From an archaeon (lineage in GTDB: Archaea > Iainarchaeota > Iainarchaeia > Iainarchaeales > 0-14-0-20-34-12): a stretch of DNA of 44,480 nt. The notes beneath the pieces were generated by a model. It searched no databases. It was given only the letters and a program-made list of their open reading frames with translations, and had not been told where the DNA came from. The stretch lies in NCBI GenBank assembly GCA_038046645.1, contig JBBSVU010000002.1, forward strand, positions 34,995 to 79,474, given 5' to 3'. Positions 28,206 to 37,743 of this stretch are shown in pieces. The translations under genes and the position numbers were made by a program. Numbering within the stretch: the stretch's first letter is position 1; each line of letters opens with the position of its first letter.

Positions 28206-28271
28206 AAATTCACCTTATTTTTATAATCCCTAAATTGTGCGTAAATATAATTATTCTGCGCTAACTGCATG

Positions 28272-28712
28272 TTAATCTTTCAGCAAACGGATGCTTTCGG
28301 CTTTAATAGTAACAGGAATCTTTACTGCTGCTTCCATCAATTCAACAGTTACTTCTTCTTTTGCATCATTTACCCTCATGATAACAGCTTTTTCGCTCTT
28401 GAATGGGCCGCTTACTATCTGTACCTTGGCTCCCAGCTTTAATGTTTTCATTAAGGGTTTTGCTTCGAGCAACGATGTTAATTCTTCTATCTTGATTTCC
28501 CCGCCAACAATTCCCCTTCCTTTTATGTGGGGAATATCCATAATGGCTCTTTTCATTGTTTCATCTGTGTCTCCTTCAATTAGAATATACCCTTTCAATC
28601 CAGGGAGAACAGTTAAAGAATAAACCGAAAGATGCTCTTCCTCAAGCTTCTTTTTGAGCATGTCAACAACCAAACTTTCTTGGCCAACCGTAGTTCTAAT
28701 GGAAAAAATCAT
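28272..28712 (-). CDS. spt5: Transcription elongation factor Spt5 (NusG)
   Basis: RTTVGQE, LKGYILIE and KOW motif VQIVSGPFKSEKA. Start ATG 28712 or GTG 28721. Confidence 0.96.
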   Translation of the reverse strand: MIFSIRTTVGQESLVVDMLKKKLEEEHLSVYSLTVLPGLKGYILIEGDTDETMKRAIMDIPHIKGRGIVGGEIKIEELTSLLEAKPLMKTLKLGAKVQIVSGPFKSEKAVIMRVNDAKEEVTVELMEAAVKIPVTIKAESIRLLKD

Positions 28713-28713
28713 T

Positions 28714-28899
28714 TTAAGCACCCAAATTTGTCATCGTGAAAAATAAAATTACTATGTAACCAATCAAAGCCAGTAAAAGAATTCCTATTGTTGTAACCTT
28801 AACCATTGTGCTGAATTCCTTCCAGTCTGGTTTTTTTGAGATTGTAATTACCCTTTTTGATTGTTCAAAAAATTCCTTTATTCCTGCTCCAATATTCAT
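28714..28899 (-). CDS. secE: Protein translocase subunit SecE (Sec61-gamma)
   Basis: RVITISKKPDWKEF followed by one TM helix, between ftsZ and spt5. Confidence 0.95.
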   Translation of the reverse strand: MNIGAGIKEFFEQSKRVITISKKPDWKEFSTMVKVTTIGILLLALIGYIVILFFTMTNLGA

Positions 28900-29059
28900 T
28901 CTACCACATTTTTACTTTTAGTCAATTAATTTTAATATTCTGAAAATAAAGAATTAAAAAACCGTAGTTTACTCTAAAAAACTACTTGGTTTGAGTTTTT
29001 ATTTGTTTCTATGGGTTAAAGCACTGATTTTGAAAATAAATAAAAGGAAATTTACAGGA

Positions 29060-30193
29060 TTAACCTGTAAATTCAATTCCTAAATCCAAGTCAGAACCTT
29101 TGAGTACCTTGCCTTTTTCAAGGAAAGGGAATCTTCCGCCTGCAATTATGACCATTGATTGTATCTGGTTTTTAGGCAAGGTATCATCCATTGTTGCACC
29201 CCAAATAATGTGCGCATCTTCATCAATTTTTGATGATACTGTTTCAACAATCATTTCCGCTTCCCTTAAAGTCATATCGCTTCCGCCGATTACATTGATT
29301 AAAGCTCTTTTAGCCTTGCTTATATCAACATCAAGCAATGGCGAGGTTAAAGCATTCTCAACTGCTTCCAAAGCGCGGGCATCTGATGCTTCCTCTGTTT
29401 TGGATTCCCCTAACCCAATCATTGCGCCTCCGCCCTTCCTTAAAATTGTTCTTAAATCTGCAAAATCCAAATTAATTAATCCCGGTTTTGTAATTAATTC
29501 AGTAATTCCTTTTACTGCATTTGTCAAAACCTCATCCGCTACTTTAAATGCTGCATTTATTGGCAGGTCTGGGGCAATCTCTAAAATTTTGTCATTTGGA
29601 ATTATAATTATAGTATCAACACTTTCCTGCAATTTTGCCAAGCCTTCCATTGCATTCAGCATTCTCTGCTTTCCTTCAACATTAAAAGGCAGGGTTACAA
29701 CCGCAACAGTTAATGCATTGATTTCTTTTCCAATTTCCGCGACAACCGGCGATGCTCCAGTTCCTGTTCCTCCACCTAATCCGCATGTAATAAATAATAA
29801 ATCAGTTCCTGCCAAAACATTGGTTAATTCTTCAACAGTTTCCTTTGCTGCAGCTTCCCCGACTGAAGGGTCTGACCCAGCACCTAATCCTCTTGCAGTA
29901 TCTTTTCCAATTAATATTCTTTTATCCGAATCAGTGTGCAATAAATCTTGGGCATCTGTGTTTACAGCAATAATCTCTACCCCTTCAATCCCAACTTCTT
30001 TCATTCTTTGGATTGTATTGCCACCTCCACCGCCAACACCAACAACTTTAATGTTTGCTTTTGCACTTTCTAAAAATGCCTGCAGATCCTCATCGCCCTC
30101 AAGAGGCTTTCTCCTTAATTCAAGGTTTGCCTTGTTTTTTTCCTTCATCTCAGTCTGCACGCGCTTAACAGCTTTCTTAACCAAGCTTTCCAT
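29060..30193 (-). CDS. ftsZ: Cell division protein FtsZ (FtsZ1 locus)
   Basis: GVGGGGGN, NTDAQDL, GLGGGTGTG and INLDFAD motifs. Confidence 0.98.
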   Translation of the reverse strand: MESLVKKAVKRVQTEMKEKNKANLELRRKPLEGDEDLQAFLESAKANIKVVGVGGGGGNTIQRMKEVGIEGVEIIAVNTDAQDLLHTDSDKRILIGKDTARGLGAGSDPSVGEAAAKETVEELTNVLAGTDLLFITCGLGGGTGTGASPVVAEIGKEINALTVAVVTLPFNVEGKQRMLNAMEGLAKLQESVDTIIIIPNDKILEIAPDLPINAAFKVADEVLTNAVKGITELITKPGLINLDFADLRTILRKGGGAMIGLGESKTEEASDARALEAVENALTSPLLDVDISKAKRALINVIGGSDMTLREAEMIVETVSSKIDEDAHIIWGATMDDTLPKNQIQSMVIIAGGRFPFLEKGKVLKGSDLDLGIEFTG

Positions 30194-30300
30194 TGTAACC
30201 CCCTCATCCTTAATACAATAATTATGGTAAATAAATAATTACGACTATCTAAATCCCCCTAAGAAACTATTATAAATATTAACGTCGTTTTTAATGTGAA

Positions 30301-31248
30301 ATGACCGAAAATAGCGTAGATTTGATAATTAAGAACCTTAAGAACCTTAAGATTCAGGGCGCAAGCCAAGTGAAAAGGAATAGCATCCTTGCAGCAAGAA
30401 TCCTTGCCATGCAGGATAAAAGCCCTAATCTGAGGCAATTTGAGAAGAATTTCAAATTAAAATTAAAAAAAATTGCGTTTGCCCGTGCAACAGAACCGCA
30501 GGCAAGGGAATCATTAAGGCAGATTCTGCTTGCTGAACGCGAAGCATGCGATCTGAAAGAGGCAAAAGAAAATATTTTGGAAAAATGCGCTGATTTGGAA
30601 AAAGAAAATGTTGAAGCAATGAAAAAAATTGTTGAGTATGGAGTTTCTGTGCTGAAAAAAGATTCAATTGTATTTACCCATTGCCATTCGCACACAGTAG
30701 AGAATATTTTTATTAACGCATTTGAGAAAGGCCACTTGCAAAAAGTCATTTGCACAGAAACAAGGCCAAGATACCAAGGAAGGATAACTGCAGAAAACCT
30801 CAGCAAGAAAGGAATTCCTACAATCCATATTGTTGATGGTGCAGCCTCCACATTTATGAAGGAAGCTGATTTCTTTTTTACTGGTGCTGATGCAATTGTT
30901 GCGAATGCATCAATCGTAAACAAAATAGGCACATCCCTAATTTCTTTAAAGGCCAAAACCGAAAATGTTCCTCATTATGTTTGCGCGCATTCCTATTGTT
31001 ATGACCCTGAAACATATCATAATTTCAAGGAGCCGATAGAGCAAAGGGATTCAAATGAAGTATGGGATAAAAAGCTGAAAAACCTGAAAATCTTGAATCC
31101 TGCATTTGATGTTACTGAAGCAGAATTCATTAAAGGCATCATTAGTGAATATGGTATTTTTAACCCAAAAAAATTCTGTACAAAAATAGCCCAAGTATTT
31201 GGGATTAAAAAAGGGAAATATTTTCCGCTCAAAGAATTGCTAAAATAA
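30301..31248 (+). CDS. Ribose-1,5-bisphosphate isomerase (eIF-2B-like family)
   Basis: IQGA, THCHS (catalytic Cys), ETRPRYQG, GAD (catalytic Asp), NKIGT and NPAFDVT motifs. Confidence 0.85.
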   Translation: MTENSVDLIIKNLKNLKIQGASQVKRNSILAARILAMQDKSPNLRQFEKNFKLKLKKIAFARATEPQARESLRQILLAEREACDLKEAKENILEKCADLEKENVEAMKKIVEYGVSVLKKDSIVFTHCHSHTVENIFINAFEKGHLQKVICTETRPRYQGRITAENLSKKGIPTIHIVDGAASTFMKEADFFFTGADAIVANASIVNKIGTSLISLKAKTENVPHYVCAHSYCYDPETYHNFKEPIEQRDSNEVWDKKLKNLKILNPAFDVTEAEFIKGIISEYGIFNPKKFCTKIAQVFGIKKGKYFPLKELLK

Positions 31249-31295
31249 CTAAAAGCATGCTTGTGATAAATAACTTGTTTTCGTTATTCTGCCAT

Positions 31296-32192
31296 TTATT
31301 TCTTGAAATAAAACATAGCAAGTACAATGCAACTGTATGTTGTGAGGATTGCTGTCAGGACTGTTGCTGCGGCCAATTTTATATTCTCATCCAGAATAGG
31401 GTAGACAAATGAACCAATTAATGTGCTAAAGAATGCATTGATTAATGCCAAAATTACTATTAAAATAAATATTGCCATAAATTTTCTGCTTGAAAAATTC
31501 CAGCTTTTTGATATTGCCTGTGCCAGAATACTATTTTTTGCCTTTATCCTGCCACTGCTTGCCTTTGCTTCTGCATCAAAGATTGCAGGCACCACAAATA
31601 TCAGCTTAACCAGCAAATAAATTAACAGAATCGCGATCAATATAGCAATTGCAATATTTGCCAAGAAATTATTTCCTGCAAACCACATTAATAACAGGCA
31701 GACAGCCGCTAAGAATAGCCCTAAGAAAAAGATAATCAGCACAAAGCCAAGCAATGGCAATGTTTTGGATAATCCCTCTTTAAATGAAGCGCCGAATGAA
31801 ACCCCGCCTTTCTTGCCCTCATTATTTTCCTTGACATATGCTGAGTAAACTGCATAGGTTAAAAAATTCATTAATATAGTGAATAAAAATACCGCTAAAA
31901 GAACAATAATCTCATTTGAATACATTAAGATAAAATCAAAAAGCATAGTTTTTGGTGAAATATTGGGAATAATACCGTAAGCAATATTAAGGAAAAAATA
32001 GGTTATGGTCTCAGCATTCAGGAAAAATGCAACCATTGAAATTGCAGAAAATATTAATGAAGCCAGAATCAAATAAGGCCTTCTTACCAATAAACTCAAA
32101 CCATTAACTAATGCATTAATCAAGATTTCACCTATTCCCTTTGATTTATTAATGATTTTGGGATTAATATAGTTTTCTGGATGTATTTTCAT
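31296..32192 (-). CDS. Polytopic membrane protein of unknown function
   Basis: About 6 hydrophobic segments. Overlaps the GT2 gene end. Confidence 0.75.
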   Translation of the reverse strand: MKIHPENYINPKIINKSKGIGEILINALVNGLSLLVRRPYLILASLIFSAISMVAFFLNAETITYFFLNIAYGIIPNISPKTMLFDFILMYSNEIIVLLAVFLFTILMNFLTYAVYSAYVKENNEGKKGGVSFGASFKEGLSKTLPLLGFVLIIFFLGLFLAAVCLLLMWFAGNNFLANIAIAILIAILLIYLLVKLIFVVPAIFDAEAKASSGRIKAKNSILAQAISKSWNFSSRKFMAIFILIVILALINAFFSTLIGSFVYPILDENIKLAAATVLTAILTTYSCIVLAMFYFKK

Positions 32193-33138
32193 TAAATTTG
32201 CTTTGATTTATTGATATATAATAATAAACAAAGAAAAACGGGAAAAACAAATCCCTTAAAAAACAAGTAATTGTCAAAATTGAGATATTCCCAATGCAAA
32301 ATTCTTTATTCTTTGCTTCAATAAAGAATCTGAATAGGAATAGAAGCAACATTCCAGATAAAAGTAAGGGTAAATTAGCCGTAAAAATCGAAAAGAACAG
32401 GGCAGACAGGATGATCCATGAAAAAATACTTTGTTTGAACAGCCCTTTGCAGATAACGCCAAAATTTTTTTTATAAAGTTCAGGGAATTTCTTGTATAGC
32501 CTAATATCTCCCTTTAATAAAAATAGTTCTTTTACTTTTGAGAAATAACTTCCTTTTCTTGGAGGGTGATGTACTAAAACTTTTTTGTCAAATTTTATCT
32601 TTTTGCCTGCAGACAAAAGTCTAAAAGCCAGATCAGTATCCTCCCTAAAAAACCCATAATTCTCGTCAAATCCGCCTATTTCTAGCAAAGCCTCTTTTTT
32701 GAATGCATAGTTGCATGCGAGGAATTTCCCACCAATTAAATTTTCGCTGGCATGATAAAAAATCCACTGGTTGTCTTGCGTTGTTTTGCCTTCAATTCCT
32801 GACAAAGTTTTGTCTAATTCAAAAGCAGAATTTATCCTGCTAATCCAGTCTATTTGTGGCAAACAGTCATCATCTGTGAAAGCAATTATTTTTCCCTTTG
32901 CCTGCTTAATGCCATAATTTCTTTTTTTGTCTGGGTATGTTGAATCTATTTCAAAATATTTGATTAGGGGGTTATTCAATAATGTTATGACCTTTTTAGT
33001 ATCATTTTTATCATAACCTACCACAATTATCTCATAATTATTCTTAGAATAGTCCTGTATTAATAAAGAGTTGAGCGTATTTTTCAAGGAGTCATTTCTA
33101 TTATGCGCAGCTATTACAACACTAATAAAATAAGCCAT
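32164..33138 (-). CDS. Family 2 glycosyltransferase with C-terminal TM helices
   Basis: SVVIAAHNR, RNYGI, FTDDDC and GGFDE...EDTDL motifs. Confidence 0.93.
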   Translation of the reverse strand: MAYFISVVIAAHNRNDSLKNTLNSLLIQDYSKNNYEIIVVGYDKNDTKKVITLLNNPLIKYFEIDSTYPDKKRNYGIKQAKGKIIAFTDDDCLPQIDWISRINSAFELDKTLSGIEGKTTQDNQWIFYHASENLIGGKFLACNYAFKKEALLEIGGFDENYGFFREDTDLAFRLLSAGKKIKFDKKVLVHHPPRKGSYFSKVKELFLLKGDIRLYKKFPELYKKNFGVICKGLFKQSIFSWIILSALFFSIFTANLPLLLSGMLLLFLFRFFIEAKNKEFCIGNISILTITCFLRDLFFPFFFVYYYISINQSKFNENTSRKLY

Positions 33139-33228
33139 AAAGATAATACCGTGTTATCGAGGTTCATATTTGTACTATTAAACTATTAAAAGTAAGGAAG
33201 TATTTAAACTATATTATATAATATTCTA

Positions 33229-34695
33229 ATGGTTAAAATGAAAATTTTAATGTTAAACCCGCCATTCAAGCATAAATATTCTAGGTCTAGCAGGAGCCCT
33301 GCTGTTACTAAGGGCGGCACTATTTATTATCCTCTTTGGCTTGCCTATGCTACTGCTGCTTTGGAGAAAGAAGGCTTTGAAGCAAAATTAATTGATGCCC
33401 CAGCAGAAAACCTTTCATTTGAAGATGTTTTAAAAGTTACAGAAGAATTCAAGCCAGATTTGATTGTAAGCGAAACAAGCACAGCATCAATTTATTCAGA
33501 TGTTGAAATAGCAACAAAATTGAAGAAAGCAACAAATGCTTTTTTGGTTTTGGTAGGGACACATCCTTCAGCTTTGCCTGAAGAAACACTAAAAATCTCA
33601 GGGGAAATTGATGCTATTGCAATTCATGAATACGATTATACCTTGAGAGAAATTGCCCAAAAAATACAGGCCAAAAAGCTGAATTTAGAAATGATAACCG
33701 GAATAGCTTACCAAAAAAATGGGAAAATTTTTAAAAATAAGGACAGAGAACTAATTGAAAATCTTGATGAGATTCCTTTTGTAAGCGCTGTTTACAAAAA
33801 ACATTTGAATATTAAAAACTATTTTTATTCTGCAAATCTGTACCCCGAAATAACAATTGTAACTGGAAGGGGCTGCCCTTACCAGTGCAAGTTTTGCGTC
33901 TGGCCACAAGTTTTGCAGGGTCAAGCATATAGGAAAAGAAGCATTGAAAATGTATTTGAAGAATTTAAATATATAAAAGAAACATTTCCTGAAGCGAAAG
34001 AAATCTTCATTGAAGATGATACATTTACTGCAGACAGGGAACGCGTTAAAAAGTTTTGCGATTTATTAATTAAAAATAGTTTAAAAATCACCTGGAGCTG
34101 CAATTCAAGGGCAGACGTTGATCTTGAAACACTTCAAAAGATGAAACAAGCAGGATGCCGTTTGTTGTGTGTTGGGGTAGAATCAGGCTCTCAGGAAATT
34201 TTGAATAATATAAGAAAAGGCACAACTATTGAAGGCATAAAAAAATTTATGAAAGACTCAAAAAAAGCAGGAATTCTTGTGCATGGCTGTTTTATGCTTG
34301 GGAATCAGGGCGAGACAAAAGAAACCATACGAAAAACAATTGAATTTGCAAAAGAATTAAACCCTGATACCGCGCAATTCTTTCCCATAATGGTTTATCC
34401 GGGGACAGAAACCTATGAAGAATTCAAAAAATCAGGGTTTTTGACAACAAATAAATTTGATGAATGGTTAACAAAGGATGGACAGCATAATTCAATCATA
34501 TCAAGGCCGGGATTGTCAAATTATGAATTAGTGGAATTGTGCGATGAAGCAAGAAGAGAGTTTTATTTAAGGCCAAAATACATTTTCAGCAAGATTAAGC
34601 AGGCATTTCTGCACCCGAAAGAGTTTGTGAGGATTGCAAAGGCATCCAAAACTTTTTTCAAATATTTGTTTAATAAAAAGGAAAAACAGGATTAA
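33229..34695 (+). CDS. Cobalamin-binding radical SAM protein
   Basis: N-terminal B12 domain (YPLWLAY, GTHPSALP), GRGCPYQCKFC and GVESGSQ. Confidence 0.92.
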   Translation: MVKMKILMLNPPFKHKYSRSSRSPAVTKGGTIYYPLWLAYATAALEKEGFEAKLIDAPAENLSFEDVLKVTEEFKPDLIVSETSTASIYSDVEIATKLKKATNAFLVLVGTHPSALPEETLKISGEIDAIAIHEYDYTLREIAQKIQAKKLNLEMITGIAYQKNGKIFKNKDRELIENLDEIPFVSAVYKKHLNIKNYFYSANLYPEITIVTGRGCPYQCKFCVWPQVLQGQAYRKRSIENVFEEFKYIKETFPEAKEIFIEDDTFTADRERVKKFCDLLIKNSLKITWSCNSRADVDLETLQKMKQAGCRLLCVGVESGSQEILNNIRKGTTIEGIKKFMKDSKKAGILVHGCFMLGNQGETKETIRKTIEFAKELNPDTAQFFPIMVYPGTETYEEFKKSGFLTTNKFDEWLTKDGQHNSIISRPGLSNYELVELCDEARREFYLRPKYIFSKIKQAFLHPKEFVRIAKASKTFFKYLFNKKEKQD

Positions 34696-34738
34696 AAAAT
34701 TGTGCTGTTTGCCAAATGAAATAGTAAAATGATTAGAA

Positions 34739-35326
34739 ATGGATCGTGTTGAATTAATTTTAAATGGCATTTCAGGAAAAATCCTTGATGTCGGCTGCTA
34801 TTGTGGTACTTTACATAAGAGAATCTTAGGGAAATTTCCTCAAGAAAATGTTTATGGAATTGATACTGAGATAAAAGAACAAAATGAGCATTACAAAAGA
34901 GCTTTTGCTGAAAACATTCCTTTCTCAAATAATTTTTTTGATTCGATTGTTGCCGGAGAATTGATTGAACATCTTAAAGAACCGGAATTATTTTTGAAGG
35001 AAGCGAATCGATTGCTGAAAAAAGGCGGAACTTTAATTATTACTACGCCAAACAAAGGCAGCTTAATTAATATAATATTTCATAATTATGAACAGCCAAA
35101 TGCGCCGCTGCATTTCTCATTGTTTAATGAAAAAGAATTAAGAAAATTGCTTGAGAAAAACGGTTTTAACTTTAAAAAAGTGCATTTTTTACCATATACA
35201 AAAGAAAGCTGTGATGGTACGAGGCATAAAAGTATTTTGGGGATAAGAATCTGGGTTAATAAATCACTGCCAAAAAAATTAAGGGAAAATATATTAAGTA
35301 TATCAAAAAAGGTGACTACTTTATGA
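34739..35326 (+). CDS. Class I SAM-dependent methyltransferase
   Basis: ILDVGC, FD...ELIEHL and LKKGG...TTPN motifs. Confidence 0.9.
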   Translation: MDRVELILNGISGKILDVGCYCGTLHKRILGKFPQENVYGIDTEIKEQNEHYKRAFAENIPFSNNFFDSIVAGELIEHLKEPELFLKEANRLLKKGGTLIITTPNKGSLINIIFHNYEQPNAPLHFSLFNEKELRKLLEKNGFNFKKVHFLPYTKESCDGTRHKSILGIRIWVNKSLPKKLRENILSISKKVTTL

Positions 35327-36144
35327 TTAAGATGCCTAAAAATTTTAATCTGCTCATTATAACTGCTAATAAGTTAAGGCATAAATACTTTGCAATTGAA
35401 CTTATGAAACTAATACCGGATTCATATGTTATTATTGAAAAAATGCACGACGAAACAAGTAAGAATTATGTTGAAAAACCTACAACTTTAATAGAGGCAC
35501 ATTTTAATGAATTTGATGAAACGGAAAAAAAGTATTTTTTGGATTATTTTAATGAAAATAAAGCTTTTTTTAATGCGCGACTATTATTAGAGATTAAGAA
35601 GGGTGAGATAAATAACAAGGAAAATGTTAATTTTATTAAAGAAATAAATCCCACAGTAATAGCAATATTTTCAACTAGTTTAATAAAGGATGAATTAATC
35701 ACACTATTCCCAAAACAACTAATTAATCTTCATGCGGGATTGTCGCCCTATTATCGTGGTTCGGGCACAAATATATACCCCTTTTACAATAAAGAACTAG
35801 AATTTGTTGGGATGACTATTCATTATCTAAACACAGGTATTGATAGCGGAGATATAATTCTTCAGGGTAGACCTAAGTTCAGTATCAATGACAATACTCA
35901 TACTATTGGGTGTAAGAATGTAATTTTGGGAACAGAATTAATGGCAAAAGTGATTAAAAAATACTTACAAGAGAGATCACCTCTACCTGCGTTTAAACAA
36001 GATATTTCTAAAGGTAAACTTTATTTAAAGAAAGACTTTACCGAAGAAGTAATTTTGCACATAAGACAAAATCTGAAAGAGGGATTAATTAAGGATTACC
36101 TTAAAAACCGAAGAGATGTAAAAATTATAAGTGAACTAACTTGA
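35323..36144 (+). CDS. Formyltransferase-domain protein
   Basis: INLHAGLSPYYRG and TIH...GIDSGDII (N10-formyl-THF transferase catalytic N/H/D). Confidence 0.88.
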   Translation: MIKMPKNFNLLIITANKLRHKYFAIELMKLIPDSYVIIEKMHDETSKNYVEKPTTLIEAHFNEFDETEKKYFLDYFNENKAFFNARLLLEIKKGEINNKENVNFIKEINPTVIAIFSTSLIKDELITLFPKQLINLHAGLSPYYRGSGTNIYPFYNKELEFVGMTIHYLNTGIDSGDIILQGRPKFSINDNTHTIGCKNVILGTELMAKVIKKYLQERSPLPAFKQDISKGKLYLKKDFTEEVILHIRQNLKEGLIKDYLKNRRDVKIISELT

Positions 36145-36995
36145 ACAATAGAATTATAATGTACCATTACATTAGGAATAATGCTAACTTTAAGGCATTG
36201 AATTTAAATCACTTTAGAAATCAATTGCAGCATCTTTGCAATAAGTATAAGATAATATCCCTCAAAGAGCTAATCAAAAACAAATCATTCAGAAACACTT
36301 GTGTTCTCACTTTTGACGATGGATTAAAAGATGGTTTGGTTAATGCGTTGCCAATATTAGAGGAATTTAATCTTAAAGCTACCTTTTTTATCCCTACAAA
36401 AATATTAGTTACTGAAAAATTGTTGTCAGTTCAGAAAAGGCATTTGATATTAGCCAAGCTTGGGGCAGAAAAGTTTGTTAAAGAATTTAATAAACTTTCT
36501 GAAGATATATTTCATATTGAACGAACCGGAAAAACTAATGGTTATGATGATGACCTAACCTCTAATCTCAAATGGGTTTTAGACAATATGGACCAACTAA
36601 AATCCACTATTTATTTAAATAAAATATTTAACAAATATTTTGATGAGAAAAGAGAATTTAAGAAAATTTATTTAACTAAAAGAGATATAAATAAATTAGA
36701 TATTGCCGGTATGGAAATAGGGGTTCATGGTCATGAGCATTTGCATTTTGCTAATGTTTCTTTTAATGAAATGCAATCAGATATCTTAAAATCTGTTGAA
36801 ATATTTAAAGAAAACTTTGACAGCAAAGATTTAGTAATATCTTACCCTTTTGGTAGTTATTCTTTATTTACATTAAGACTTTGTCACAAGCTTGGTTTTA
36901 TGGCAGGTGTTACTACTATAAAAAAGGATAATACTTCCGCAGATAATCCTTTAGAACTTGGCAGATATGATTGTATTGATAATGAAAAATTCTAA
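36141..36995 (+). CDS. Polysaccharide deacetylase (CE4/NodB)
   Basis: IMYH, LTFDDG, ATFF, HGHEH and SYPFG motifs. TTG start overlaps the upstream stop. Confidence 0.9.
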   Translation: MNNRIIMYHYIRNNANFKALNLNHFRNQLQHLCNKYKIISLKELIKNKSFRNTCVLTFDDGLKDGLVNALPILEEFNLKATFFIPTKILVTEKLLSVQKRHLILAKLGAEKFVKEFNKLSEDIFHIERTGKTNGYDDDLTSNLKWVLDNMDQLKSTIYLNKIFNKYFDEKREFKKIYLTKRDINKLDIAGMEIGVHGHEHLHFANVSFNEMQSDILKSVEIFKENFDSKDLVISYPFGSYSLFTLRLCHKLGFMAGVTTIKKDNTSADNPLELGRYDCIDNEKF

Positions 36996-37001
36996 GTTTG
37001 A

Positions 37002-37703
37002 TCAGTCTTTTTTATATCTCTTGAGCATAAGTTTTTCGGCAATAAAAAAATCTATTCCAGTATCTATATCAATTGAGTCTTCTTGTTGCATTAAATAGCC
37101 TACTGTTTTGTCACATATGAAAGAATTAGATTTCATAATATATTCGGTTTTTGCAGCAAAGATAGCTCCATTTAGATAATATAATTGCTCAGCATCCTGC
37201 CTACGTAAAATTTCTTTAGTATTAAGATATCTTTTTACAAAACCAGCAACATCAATTCTAAATACCCATTCAAGAGGTTCTTTTAATGGTGTAATGGAAA
37301 CAATTGAATCTGAATTAGTCTTTATTAAATAGTTAATGGCCTCTTTTATGTGCCTTGCTGTTCTCAAGGGGCTTGTAGGTTGCAAAAGCACAATAATATT
37401 AGGTCGGTAATCTTCTTTTTTATCTAAAAATTTTAATACTTGCTTAATTACGGGAATAATAAGTGCTCTATCCGTGGCTAGCTTTTTAGGTCTATCAATA
37501 ATTTGGACCCCATAGTTGACACAAATTTGTTTTATTTCTTTATCTTCTGTTGAAACAATGATTTTTCCCATATTCGCATTTTTTGCAGCATCTATGGTGT
37601 ACTTTATAAGGGGTTTACCATTGAATAATCGCGTATTCTTTTTAGATAATGATTTTGACCCACCTCTTGCAGGGATTATAAAAAGAATATTTTGTTTGAT
37701 CAT
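37002..37703 (-). CDS. neuA: CMP-nonulosonic (N-acylneuraminate) cytidylyltransferase
   Basis: IIPARGGSK...KN, LLQPTSPLR, RRQD, NGAI and SIDIDT motifs. Confidence 0.93.
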   Translation of the reverse strand: MIKQNILFIIPARGGSKSLSKKNTRLFNGKPLIKYTIDAAKNANMGKIIVSTEDKEIKQICVNYGVQIIDRPKKLATDRALIIPVIKQVLKFLDKKEDYRPNIIVLLQPTSPLRTARHIKEAINYLIKTNSDSIVSITPLKEPLEWVFRIDVAGFVKRYLNTKEILRRQDAEQLYYLNGAIFAAKTEYIMKSNSFICDKTVGYLMQQEDSIDIDTGIDFFIAEKLMLKRYKKD

Positions 37704-37743
37704 ATGGTGCCTTCTCCTAATAAAAATATTTCAGAATTATTTG

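Noticed and set aside
33229..34695. Calling the B12 radical SAM protein HpnJ (hopanoid biosynthesis)
   Set aside because: Only family-level resemblance. No squalene-hopene cyclase context, and the neighbours are glycan genes.
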